Part shown: positions 37,885-48,144 of the stretch, piece after piece | How the letters are laid out: each line of letters starts with the position of its first letter | How positions within the stretch are numbered: position 1 is the first letter of the stretch | Made by a program: the position numbers and the translations under genes | Assembly (NCBI GenBank): GCA_940746715.1 | Contig: CALNWN010000006.1 | Span: forward strand, 210,922-274,921 | Origin: an uncultured Paraburkholderia sp. | Lineage (GTDB): Bacteria; Pseudomonadota; Gammaproteobacteria; Burkholderiales; Burkholderiaceae | DNA length: 64,000 nt | Direction of reading: 5' to 3' | The notes under the pieces: generated by a model | Database searches by the model: none | Told to the model about the DNA's origin: nothing | The model's input: the letters and a program-made list of their open reading frames with translations, nothing else

Positions 37885-39499
37885 ATGCGGGTTCCCGACC
37901 CGACACGCCGCCGCACTTTCGCGGTCATTTCCCACCCGGACGCGGGTAAAACCACGCTGACCGAAAAGCTGCTGCTGTTTTCGGGCGCGATTCAGATCGC
38001 CGGCACCGTGAAGGGCCGCAAGAGCAATCGGTACGCGACGTCCGACTGGATGGAAATCGAAAAGCAGCGCGGCATTTCGGTCGCGAGCTCGGTGATGCAG
38101 TTCGAGTACGGCGACGCGGTCATCAATCTGCTCGATACGCCGGGTCACGAAGACTTTTCCGAAGACACGTACCGCGTGTTGACCGCGGTCGACGCCGCCG
38201 TGATGGTGATCGACGGCGCGAACTGTGTCGAAGCGCAAACGCTCAAGCTGCTCGAAGTGTGCCGCAGCCGCAAGACGCCCATCGTCACGTTCATCAACAA
38301 GCTCGAATCAACAAGCTCGACCGGGAAGTGCGCGAACCGCTGGAACTGCTCGACGAGATCGAGCAGCATCTGGGCGTCGCGGCCGTGCCATTCACGTGGC
38401 CGATCGGCATGGGTAAGGAATTCCAGGGCGTCTACGACATTCAGCGCGACCAGGTTCGCGTATTCCGCGCCGGCCAGGACACGGCGGGCGGCGCAGTAGA
38501 AACGCTGCAGGCCTTGAGCGATGAGGAAGGCGAACGCCGCTTCGGTCATAGCTGGGTCCGCGCCAAGGAGGAAATCGATCTGATTACGGGCGCCACGCCG
38601 GACTTCGACCGCGAGCAGTTTCTTGCCGGCCAGCAGTCGCCGGTGCTGTTCGGCTCGGCGATCAACAATTTCGGCGTGAAGGAAATTCTCGACGCGCTGG
38701 TCGACCTGGCGCCGCCGCCGTCCATGCGCATGACGGTGCAGCGTCCGGTGATGCCCGACGAGCCCAAGTTCACCGGCGTCGTGTTCAAGGTCCAGGCGAA
38801 CATGGATCTGGCCCACCGCGACCGCGTGGCGTTCATCCGTGTCTGTTCCGGGCGTTTCGAGCGCGGCATGGCCGTCAAGGTGACGCGGTCCAACAAGACG
38901 TTCCGCGCAAACAACGTGGTGACGTTCCTGTCGCAGCGGCGCGAGACGGTGAGCGAGGCGTATCCCGGCGACATCATCGGTATTCCTAATCACGGCACGC
39001 TGAGTCTCGGCGATACGTTGACCGAAGGCGAAGCGCTCCAGTTCGTCGGCCTGCCGTTCTTCGCGCCGGAAATTTTCCAGACCGTCGAAGTGGTCGACCC
39101 GATGCGCGCGAAGCAACTCGGCGAGGCGCTGAAGCAGCTTGGCGAAGAAGACGCGATTCAGGTGTTCCGTCCCGAAGTGGGCGGTTTGATGATTCTGGGC
39201 GCGGTCGGCCAACTCCAGTTCGAAGTGGTGTCGCACCGGTTGTCGACGGAATACAAGGTCGACGTGCGCATGGCGCCCGCGCGCTACCGCATGTCCCGCT
39301 GAGTCACATGCGACGACCCCGCCGAACTTCGCCGCTTCACCGATTCATACGCCGCGCGCATCGCGCTCGACGCATCGGACGCGCCGACCTATCTCGCTTC
39401 GCATGTGTCGGAGATCGAGGTCGCACAAAAGGCGTGGCCGAAAATCGTGTTCAACGAGCTTCGCGAGCATTCGGCGCGCCGTTCAAGAAGGCGATGTAA
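37885..39499 (+). pseudogene. prfC: Peptide chain release factor 3, with 14-bp duplication frameshift and in-frame TGA at 39300-39302
   Basis: [60 protein letters not shown]. Confidence 0.93.
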
Positions 39500-39649
39500 G
39501 CCGGCAAGGCCGGAGTCCGCAAGCGCTTTGATGCTTGCCGGGCGGCCCGAGCGACAAGGCAAAGCCGCGTGGCGCAGTGATGCAGCACGCGGCTTTTTTA
39601 TTGCCGGTTCATGCGCCGCACACGGCCGGCGGCTGACGGCAGCGGCAAG

Positions 39650-40446
39650 TCAACCCATCTTCAATACCGCTTCGCGCAGCCAGCCCGCGAACGCCTGCAC
39701 GTACTCGAGCCCGGCGTGCTGCGGCGCGACGTCGAGCCAGTAGCCGAACGGGCCGGCCACTTCCACCTCCGAAAACTGCGCGAGGCTGCCGTCCGCCAGC
39801 TCCTCGACGATCATGTTTCTGTCGACGATAGCGAGGCCTGCGCCCTTGCGCGCCGCGCGAATCGCCTGTTCGAGCGTCGAAAATTCGATGCCGTTTTCCG
39901 CGTAGCGCGGGCATGTGTTCGAGCAGCCTGTCGAGCGGCTCGCCGAGCAACATGGGCGCGCCGACGAGCACGTGGCGCTCGGTCATCAGTAATTCGGAAT
40001 GCGCGTCGGGCACCGCATGGCGGCCAAAGCGGATGTCGCAATGGCAGTCCGCGGTCGGCTCGGTGCGGATCGACAATTCGACGTCCGGCATTTCGTCGGC
40101 CCAGCGAACCGAGCCGCGGCGAGAACCACTGCGTCGCGAAGGTGGGCGGCACCGCGACCACGAGGCGGCGACGTCCCTTGGCGGCGGTAATCTGGCGGAA
40201 GCCGCGCTCAATGGTGTCGAACGCGTCGGACAGACAGGGCAGCAACTGCAGGCCGGCCGGCGTCAGGCGAATGCCTTTGTGATCGCGCTCGAAAAGCTTC
40301 GCGCCGAGCGATTCCTCGAGCAGCTTGATCTGCCGGCTCACGGCGCCTTGCGTCACGCACAGCGCGCTCGCCGCGCGGTTGAAGCTCATGTGGCGCGCAG
40401 TTTCCTCGAAAAAACGCAACGCGATGAGCGATGGCAAGCGTCGCAT
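39650..40446 (-). pseudogene. LysR regulator (GcvA-like), frameshifted and internally deleted
   Basis: LPSLIALRFFE..SFNRAASALCVTQGAVSRQIKLLE. Confidence 0.85.
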
Positions 40447-40706
40447 ACCTCACCTTCTGTCTCTTGATCATCCGCAACGGTGCCGCCGGTGTCGGTGCGC
40501 GGAGCGCCTGCAATTGTCGCACTGAAGCGCGCTATTTTGCCTGCGCGCGCTAAAAAAATCCCGACGCGCGGTCGCGCGAATCCAGCGCCGGTTGATCGGC
40601 CCATCAACGCGTTCGAGAAGCGCCGCGCGATCCCGTCAGTTCGCCTATCCTGACGAAGACGCGCGCTCACGCCCGAGCGGGGCGCCCTTTAATTTGCGGA
40701 GTGCCT

Positions 40707-41570
40707 GTGACCGTTCGCAATCTCGACGCGTTGTTCCGACCGAAGTCCGTCGCCGTGATCGGCGCTTCCGAGCGGCCGGGCAGCACCGGCGCGATGGTGT
40801 GGGCGCGGCTTCGACGGCCCGCTGTGGCCTGTGAATCCGCAATACGACACGCTGGGCGGCCACGCGGTGATCCATGATGCCGGCGACTTGCCGCAAGCGC
40901 CTACCGTCGCGCTAATCTGCACGCCGCCCGCGAGCTGGCCGTCGATCATTCACAAGCTGGGCGGATTGGGGACGCGCGCGGCGATCATCGTCGGCGAGGT
41001 GCGCTCCGACGATGACCGGCTCGCGCTGCGGCAAGCTTTGCCGCACGCGGTGGGCGGCAATCCGCTGCGGCTCGGCGACGACGCGCGTCCCGAGCACTTC
41101 GACACGGCACTGAAACTGCTCGCCGCGCATCGCGGCACCGGCACGGCCTTCGTCGTGCATGCGCAAGGCATTCCGGTTCACACCACGCCGCAGCGGCTCG
41201 CCCGCGCGTTTGCGCGTCTCGTCGATTACCGCATGGGGCGCGAATTGCTGATGCAAACGCCCGAAGGCTTGCCGGCTGACGTACCCGACGCAATCGACGC
41301 CGCGCAGACGCAGGCTCGCGCGGCGTTGGCGGCAGGTGAGCGCCAACTAACCGGGGAAGCCGCAGCGCGCCTGCTTGAGCGCTTCGGGCTCGAAATCGAA
41401 GCGGCGCGTGCCGACACGGATTCGGGGGCTAAGGAGCCTCAGCGAGAATCCGGCGATTGCGCCGGTAGCAATGGGGAGTCGCTGCGCAAGCCGGTGGTGG
41501 ACATTGCCGTCGAGCTTCATGACGACGACAACTTCGGCACGGTATTCCGCTTCACGGCACCTTCCGCTGA
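40707..41570 (+). pseudogene. Remnant of an acyl-CoA-synthetase-like GNAT acetyltransferase (Pat/YfiQ family) with several large internal deletions
   Basis: VTVRNLDALFRPKSVAVIGAS, then discontinuous pieces GGNPLRLGDDA, HTTPQRLARAF, ELHDDDNFG. Confidence 0.75.
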
Positions 41571-41833
41571 CCAACCTGCAATGCAAGCTCTCCGGCCTCG
41601 CAGCGGAGGCCTCGCCGGGCTGGACCGAGGACACGCTGCGGCCCTACGTCGAGCATCTGCTCACTACCTTCGGTCCGGCGCGCCTCATGTGGGGCAGCGA
41701 CTGGCCCGTGCTCGAACTCAACGGCGATTATCTGCTCTGGCACTCGGTGGCGAACACGCTGCTTGCTTCGCTTTCCGACAGCGAGCGCGAAGCGGTTTTT
41801 GGCGGCAATGCCGCTGCGTTTTATCGACTGTGA
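41570..41833 (+). pseudogene. C-terminal fragment of an amidohydrolase_2 (sugar-acid lactonase-like)
   Basis: CKLSGL, FGPARLMWGSDWPV, VFGGNAAAFYRL. Confidence 0.8.
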
Positions 41834-41889
41834 CGTAACGAAGACAAGCGTAACCAGGACAGGTTAAGCCCATTCAACTGGAGTCGTAG

Positions 41890-42633
41890 ATGACACAAAG
41901 ACTGGCCGGCAAGACAGCATTGATTACCGCAGCGGGGCAAGGCATCGGCCTCGCGACCGCCGAAGCATTCGCACGCGAGGGCGCGCGCGTGATCGCCACC
42001 GACATTCGCATCGACGGGCTCGCCGGCAAGCCCGTCGAGGCACGCAAGCTGGATGTACTGGACGGCGACGCGATCAAGGCGCTGGCCGCCGAACTCGGTC
42101 CCATCGACGTGCTGTTCAACTGCGCGGGCTTCGTGCACGCGGGCTCGATCCTCGAATGCAGCGAAGAGGATTGGGATTTTGCGTTCGACCTAAACGCGAA
42201 AGCGATGTACCGGATGATCCGCGCGTTCCTGCCCGGCATGCTGGAGCGCGGCGGCGGGTCGATCATCAATATGTCGTCGGCGGCGTCGAGCGTGAAGGGC
42301 GTGCCGAACCGCTTTGCCTACAGCGCGTCGAAGGCGGCGGTGATCGGGCTGACCAAGTCGGTCGCCGCGGATTTCATCACGCGTGGTATACGTTGTAATG
42401 CGATCTGCCCCGGCACGGTGTCGTCGCCGTCGCTCGAACAGCGGATCGTCGCGCAGGCCGCGGCGCAAGGCGCGACGCTCGAGGCCGTGCAGGCGGCGTT
42501 TGTCGCGCGCCAGCCGATGGGCCGCATCGGCAAGCCGGAGGAGATTGCCGCGCTCGCGCTGTATCTCGCGTCGGACGAGTCGTCGTTCACGACGGGTCAC
42601 GCGCATGTGATCGACGGCGGCTGGTCGAACTGA
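41890..42633 (+). CDS. SDR oxidoreductase (2-keto-3-deoxy-L-fuconate dehydrogenase-like), intact
   Basis: TAAGQGIG, FNCAG, YSASK, NAICPG. Confidence 0.88.
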   Translation: MTQRLAGKTALITAAGQGIGLATAEAFAREGARVIATDIRIDGLAGKPVEARKLDVLDGDAIKALAAELGPIDVLFNCAGFVHAGSILECSEEDWDFAFDLNAKAMYRMIRAFLPGMLERGGGSIINMSSAASSVKGVPNRFAYSASKAAVIGLTKSVAADFITRGIRCNAICPGTVSSPSLEQRIVAQAAAQGATLEAVQAAFVARQPMGRIGKPEEIAALALYLASDESSFTTGHAHVIDGGWSN

Positions 42634-42717
42634 GCATGCACTGAGAACGCGCCCGCATGAGCCGGCGCAGCTTGACGTACCAACCGAACACCACTGAAAC
42701 CAGAGGAAAGTGCAACG

Positions 42718-43565
42718 ATGAAACTGCTTCGTTACGGGCCGAAAGGCCAGGAAAAGCCGGGCTTGCTCGACGCGCAAGGCAAGATTCGCGATCTGTCTGG
42801 CGTGGTCGCCGACATCGACGGCGCGGCGCTGAGCGACGCGGCGCTCGCCAAACTGCGCGCGCTCGACCCGGCAAGCCTGCCGGTCGTGGAAGGCAACCCG
42901 CGCATCGGTCCGTGCGTCGGCAAGATCGGCAAGTTCATCTGCATCGGCTTGAATTACGCGGATCACGCGGCGGAATCCAATCTGCCCGTGCCCGCCGAGC
43001 CGGTGATCTTCAACAAGTGGACGAGCGTGATTTCCGGCCCGAACGACGACGTGGAAATTCCGCGCGGCTCGAAGAAGACCGATTGGGAAGTCGAACTCGG
43101 CGTCGTAATCGGCAAGCCGGCCAAATACATCGACGAGGCGAATGCGCTCGACTATGTCGCCGGCTATTGCGTGATCAACGACGTGTCGGAACGCGAATGG
43201 CAGATCGAACGCGGCGGCCAGTGGACAAGGGCAAAGGCTTCGACACCTTCGGCCCGATCGGCCCGTGGATGGTCACGCGCGACGAAGTCGCCGATCCGCA
43301 GAACCTCGGCTTGTGGCTCGAATTGGACGGTCACCGCTATCAGAACGGCAACACGAAGACGATGGTGTTCGGCGTCGCCAAGCTGGTTTCGTATGTGTCG
43401 CAGTGCATGAGCCTGCAACCGGGCGACGTCATTTCCACCGGCACGCCGCCGGGCGTCGGCATGGGCGTGAAGCCGAATCCGGTGTATCTGAAGCCGGGCC
43501 AGACTATCCGTCTCGGCATTGAAGGTCTCGGCGAGCAAACGCAGAAGACCTACGCGGCGGAATAA
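42718..43565 (+). pseudogene. FAH-family hydrolase (2,4-diketo-3-deoxy-L-fuconate hydrolase-like), frameshift near 43230
   Basis: ICIGLNY, DWEVELG, NDVSER, KGFDTF, DVISTGTP. Confidence 0.88.
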
Positions 43566-43611
43566 GCCGTGCCGGAGCGGCGTGCGAAGCCCGAGCCGCG
43601 GGTTCTCGAAC

Positions 43612-44046
43612 TCAGCTCGCCGGTTTGTGGTCGCCGTTCTCGCCGATCCGGTTGACCGTGCCTTGCGCGACCGCGACGAGTTTCTCGCGGTTGCCGTCCA
43701 TCACGAAAATGTTGCATTGGCAGGTCGCCTGATGGCGGCCTGCATACACCACTTCCGCCCGCGCGATCAGCGTGCCGTTCACGGCCGGCCGCAGATAGTT
43801 GATCTTGTATTCCCCCGTTACGACCTTCGGCCCGAGCGAGAGCGCGCCGGCAAACGTGAGCGCGTTGTCGGCGAGATAGCTGATCACGCCGCCATGCACG
43901 AAGCCATGTTGCTGCCGCAGCTCGTCGCGAATCGGCAGGCTCAGTGCGAGTTCGCCCGTGCCGGTGTACATCAGCTCGGCGCCTAGCAGCATGCTGAACG
44001 GCTGGGCATGCAATGCGCCGCGCGCCCGGTCGAGTAAGTCAGTCAT
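43612..44046 (-). CDS. PaaI-family hotdog thioesterase, intact
   Basis: QQHGFVHGGVISYLAD, INYLRPA. Confidence 0.88.
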   Translation of the reverse strand: MTDLLDRARGALHAQPFSMLLGAELMYTGTGELALSLPIRDELRQQHGFVHGGVISYLADNALTFAGALSLGPKVVTGEYKINYLRPAVNGTLIARAEVVYAGRHQATCQCNIFVMDGNREKLVAVAQGTVNRIGENGDHKPAS

Positions 44047-44325
44047 TGTGATTCCTTCGAGGAAGGCCCGCGGTAGCATCGCGCACGAGGGTGCGCTCGT
44101 CGTTCCCTACCCACTCTAGGAAGCGCCGACGCACGCCGTCAAGGTGAATCGGAAATATCTGCACGGCATTGTTGCGGGGAATGGCGAGAATTCGGACGCA
44201 AATGCGACGTAAATACGACGTAACCAGCGTAGGACGATCCTTGACGGATTTGACCTTCAGCAAGCCCGCATGCTGCCGTAAACCCTGACGTAGCTCCCGT
44301 TATTCTTTGCCTTCAGGTGTTCACG

Positions 44326-46004
44326 ATGTTCAGCAAGATCAAGGTCGCATCCGGCCTGTTGTGTGTCCTGGCCGCATTCTGCGTTTTCCAGCTTGTCACG
44401 GTGGGTTTCTGGTCATTGACGCGCACGCATGACGACGTCGGCGATCTGTCGAATATCGCGCTCCGGCAATTGAACGCCGTCAATGAGACAACGCAGCATC
44501 TGATGGACGCGCGCATCAACCTGTCGCGCGCCGGTACGCGGATGGTGCGCGGCGGCGCCGAGCCGACGGACATCGTCCAGCACGCCCGCGAGCAGCTCTC
44601 GGCGGCCGAGCAGTCGTTCAACGCCTTCGCGAGCGCGCCCAAGACGAGCGACGAAAACAGCGCCCGCGCGGTGGCGCTGGCCGAGCGCTACAAGAAGCTG
44701 CACGGCGCGCTCACCGAGCTCGCGCAGTTTCTCGATGGGAACAATATCCAGGCCTTCCTCGACCAGCCGACCCAGTCGTTCCAGGACGCCTATCTGACCG
44801 AGCTGCACAACTTCACACAGTTCGGCAACGCGGCGAGCCGCGCGTCGCTGGATTCGATCGACACGCGGATGGCGGCTTTCCGCGTCGTCAGCATTGTGAT
44901 TCTGCTGGCGCTGGTTGGCGGCACGTTTGCCGTTCACCTCGCGCTGCGCCGCGGCGTGGTGGCCCCGCTGGAAGAAGCCGGCCGCCATTTCGAACGCATC
45001 GCCCAAGGGCGTCTGGATCAGCCGATCGCCGCGCGCGGCACCAACGAAATCGGCAGGTTGTTCTCGGGCCTTGCCAGGATGCAGGCAAGCGTCGCGCGCA
45101 CGGTGCAGACGGTGCGCGAATCCGCCGACTCGATTCACCTTGGCGCCGATGAAATCGCGACCGGCAACGCCGATTTGTCCGCACGCACCGAGAATCAGGC
45201 GGCATCGCTCGAAGAAACGGCGTCGAGCATGGAGGAACTCACCGCCACTGTGCGTCAGAATGCCGACCACGCGCGTGAGGCGAATGCGCTCGCGGAGACC
45301 GCGCTCGAAGCGACGGCCCGCGGCAGCGAAGTGGTGGACAAGGTCGTCGACAAGATGCGCGGCATCGCGCAAAGCTCCGACAAGATTGCCGAAATCATTT
45401 CGGTGATCGACGGCATCGCGTTTCAGACCAACATCCTCGCGCTGAATGCGGCGGTGGAGGCGGCGCGCGCCGGCGAGCAGGGCCGCGGTTTCGCGGTCGT
45501 GGCCGGCGAAGTGCGCAATCGGCGAAGGAAATCAAGACGCTGATCAGCGAGTCGGTGGCCGAGATCCAAGGCGGTTCCGCGCTCGTCGAGCACGCCGGCG
45601 AGGCGATGAGCAACGTGTCCGCCTCGATTTCGCGCGTCACGCAGATGATGGCGGAGATCAGCGCGTCGTCGCTCGAGCAGAGCACGGGCATCGAGCAGGT
45701 CAACCAGGCGGTGGTCCAGATGGACGGGATGACGCAGCAGAACGCAGCACTCGTCGAAGAGGCGGCAGCGGCGCCTTCTCTGCATCAACAGACGCAGCAG
45801 TTGAAGGAGGCGGTGTCCGTCTTCGAAATTTCGGAATCTGTGTTGCGCACACAACAGGTAGACGAAATGGCGCCTAAATCGGCGCAATTTGCGTTGTCGC
45901 GGATGCGCGCGATTTTAAATGGTCTGAGCTTAAAGATCAGGCAGCCAGAACAAGAAAATGGCCCGCAAAAGCGGGCCATTTTTGTATTCGACGCGAGCGT
46001 TTAA
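44326..46004 (+). pseudogene. Methyl-accepting chemotaxis protein (Tar-like) with a short deletion near 45520
   Basis: TM-HAMP-signalling domain; frame breaks after [11 protein letters not shown]. Confidence 0.88.
45955..45983. terminator. Bidirectional intrinsic terminator
   Basis: AAAATGGCCCGC-AAAA-GCGGGCCATTTTT between the convergent MCP and csp genes. Confidence 0.8.
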
Positions 46005-46039
46005 GCGCGCGTCAGCCTACCTGAGCGTACAGTGGGTAC

Positions 46040-46243
46040 TTAGGCCGGCGTGATGTTCGCAGCTTGCTTGCCCTTCGGGCCTTGCTTCACTTCGAACGAC
46101 ACCTTCTGGTTTTCCTGCAGGGACTTGAAGCCGCTGCCTTGAACTTCCGAAAAGTGCGCGAACAGGTCTTCGCCGCCGTCGTCCGGCGTGATGAAGCCAA
46201 AGCCCTTTGCATCATTAAACCACTTCACAGTACCTGTTGCCAT
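46040..46243 (-). CDS. Cold-shock protein (CspA family), intact
   Basis: [12 protein letters not shown] (RNP1), LFAHFS (RNP2); 67 aa. Confidence 0.95.
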   Translation of the reverse strand: MATGTVKWFNDAKGFGFITPDDGGEDLFAHFSEVQGSGFKSLQENQKVSFEVKQGPKGKQAANITPA

Positions 46244-46482
46244 TTTTGATCCAGTAAATATGTTGTGTATTGCATTCGCGACCGCTATTTCTCAACGTGA
46301 GATCGAGCGCGAAGTACAAATTATATCACGTCTTTATGACAGACGCCAATCAACCCGTATGCGGGTATTCCCCGGCTTGGGTCTTTTCCGCCCCCGCGGG
46401 CCTGCCAAAAGACGAATTGAGGGCCAGGGTTAACCATGGCGCAGCATTTTTCGTCTCGCTTCGGGGCAGGCGTGCTGAGGCG

Positions 46483-47592
46483 TCAGGCCGGCAATGCGTC
46501 GAAGGCGGTGGCGAGGTGGTAAGGCGTGGTTGACGGCATGTCGGCGCGCGCGACGTCGCCGCTTGCAGTCTTGCATTCGAACCAGCCCTGCGGCCTCAGG
46601 AAGCGCTGCTGGAACAGTTCGATCTGCCGCGGCAAAATCGCGCGCACGGCCGGTTCGTCGTGACTCGCGAGCGCGCGCAGATATTCCGTTTGCGCCCAGA
46701 TGCGCTGAATCGGGTCCTTGATATGTCCCGCTTCGTCGAGCGACGCGCAAACGCCGCCCGTTTGCGGATCCACGCCGTGGCGTTGCGCAAAGGCGAACGC
46801 GCGCGACAGGTTTTCCACAAGCCCCGAGCCTTCGAACAGCCCGCCCGCCTGCTTCGCCAGCCAGAACCATTCGAACTGATGGCCGGGCTCGAGGCGATTG
46901 TCGGGCGTGCCGACCGGCAATTCGGCGATGCAACCCGACGGCGCATGCACGAAGTGACGCGCGACCGCGCCGGCGAGGCGCCGCAGCGCCGCGTCGAAAG
47001 CGTTGTCGCGCGTGGCTTCGCGGGCGGCGCGCCACGCTTCCGTCAGATGCATCAACGGGTTCTGGACGGGCGTGGCGGTCACGTTCGCGAAGTCGGCGCT
47101 GAGCACGGCGTTAAAGAGATCGTCCGCGGCGGCAAAGCGCGACTGGATCAGCGCCGACGTGCAATGCATGATGTCGAGCGCGTCGCGATTGCCGGAGCAC
47201 CGCCCATATTCCGCACACGCGAACACGACGAACGCGTGCGTGTACAGGTCTTTCGTCGTGTCGAGCGGGGCGCCGTGCGGGTCCACGCTGTAGAACCAGC
47301 CGCCGTGCTCCGTGTCCTGAAAGGTGTGCGTGAGCGACTCAAACAGCGCCTGCGCGTGGGCCGCATCGCCGGCTTGCGAGAACACGAATAGTTGACGCGC
47401 GCACGCCATGGCCCGGTAGCGCTCGACGGGCGCCGGGCGATGCTCTTCCGCGCCGAGCGCCTCGTACGGCAAGCTGAGCGCGGCGTTGAAGCCCGGTCCG
47501 CGCCACATTGGCAGGATGACGCCGTTGAAGTGATGGCGCAGCGCGGCGGCGAGCGCGATCGTCGTTGTGGCGTCAGAGTGGGTGCTGGGCAT
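46483..47592 (-). CDS. AGE-family (N-acylglucosamine 2-epimerase-like) sugar epimerase/isomerase, intact
   Basis: QNPLMHLTEA, EPGHQFEW, RIWAQTE, TPYH motifs. Confidence 0.88.
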   Translation of the reverse strand: MPSTHSDATTTIALAAALRHHFNGVILPMWRGPGFNAALSLPYEALGAEEHRPAPVERYRAMACARQLFVFSQAGDAAHAQALFESLTHTFQDTEHGGWFYSVDPHGAPLDTTKDLYTHAFVVFACAEYGRCSGNRDALDIMHCTSALIQSRFAAADDLFNAVLSADFANVTATPVQNPLMHLTEAWRAAREATRDNAFDAALRRLAGAVARHFVHAPSGCIAELPVGTPDNRLEPGHQFEWFWLAKQAGGLFEGSGLVENLSRAFAFAQRHGVDPQTGGVCASLDEAGHIKDPIQRIWAQTEYLRALASHDEPAVRAILPRQIELFQQRFLRPQGWFECKTASGDVARADMPSTTPYHLATAFDALPA

Positions 47593-47798
47593 AGTCAGAT
47601 TTCAAACGCGGTGATTCAAAGTGCCCGTGAAAGCAAGCGGGCCGGGTTCTGGCAGCAGTGCGGCTCGGCATCGTATGCCAACGCGGGAATCGGCCTCGGC
47701 GCCAGCAGCACGCGGCCTAGCATAATGCAAACGGATGCCGGCCGGCGCCCAAAAGCGGCGGGGAAAACGCTTCAAATAATTTCAACAAGGCGAGAACG

Positions 47799-47846
47799 AT
47801 GCTGGGCAACCTCGAACTCATCTCCCGTCTGGTGCTGGCCGCGGCG
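47799..47846 (+). pseudogene. mgtC: N-terminal stub of an MgtC/SapB-family gene
   Basis: AAGG-type RBS then MLGNLELISRLVLAAA, after which the similarity ends abruptly. Confidence 0.45.
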
Positions 47847-48144
47847 AGCCCGCGTTAAACAATTCATGATGCAGCAAGCGACGAAACGCCGGAGTGCGAC
47901 TAGGTGATGATCGCGCTGCATCGCGTGTCGAGTGTCGAATACGAGGCGATTTGCGCACGCTTGCGATCACTGCGGGGCTTCGGGCAGTTCCGGCGGGACG
48001 ACGCGTCCGGCTAAAACCGAAAATCGTTCCCGAATGGCTTCGGCGGCGGTGAGCGCCATGCGACAATGCGGTCTCGAAAAATTCCAATGGCATTTGACGA
48101 GCGGTGCCGGCGCCCGCTCCCCGGCGACCACCGCTTTCTTCTCT

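Noticed and set aside
46244-46480. cspA-type thermosensor 5' UTR
   Set aside because: Plausible by position, but the structure cannot be supported by eye.
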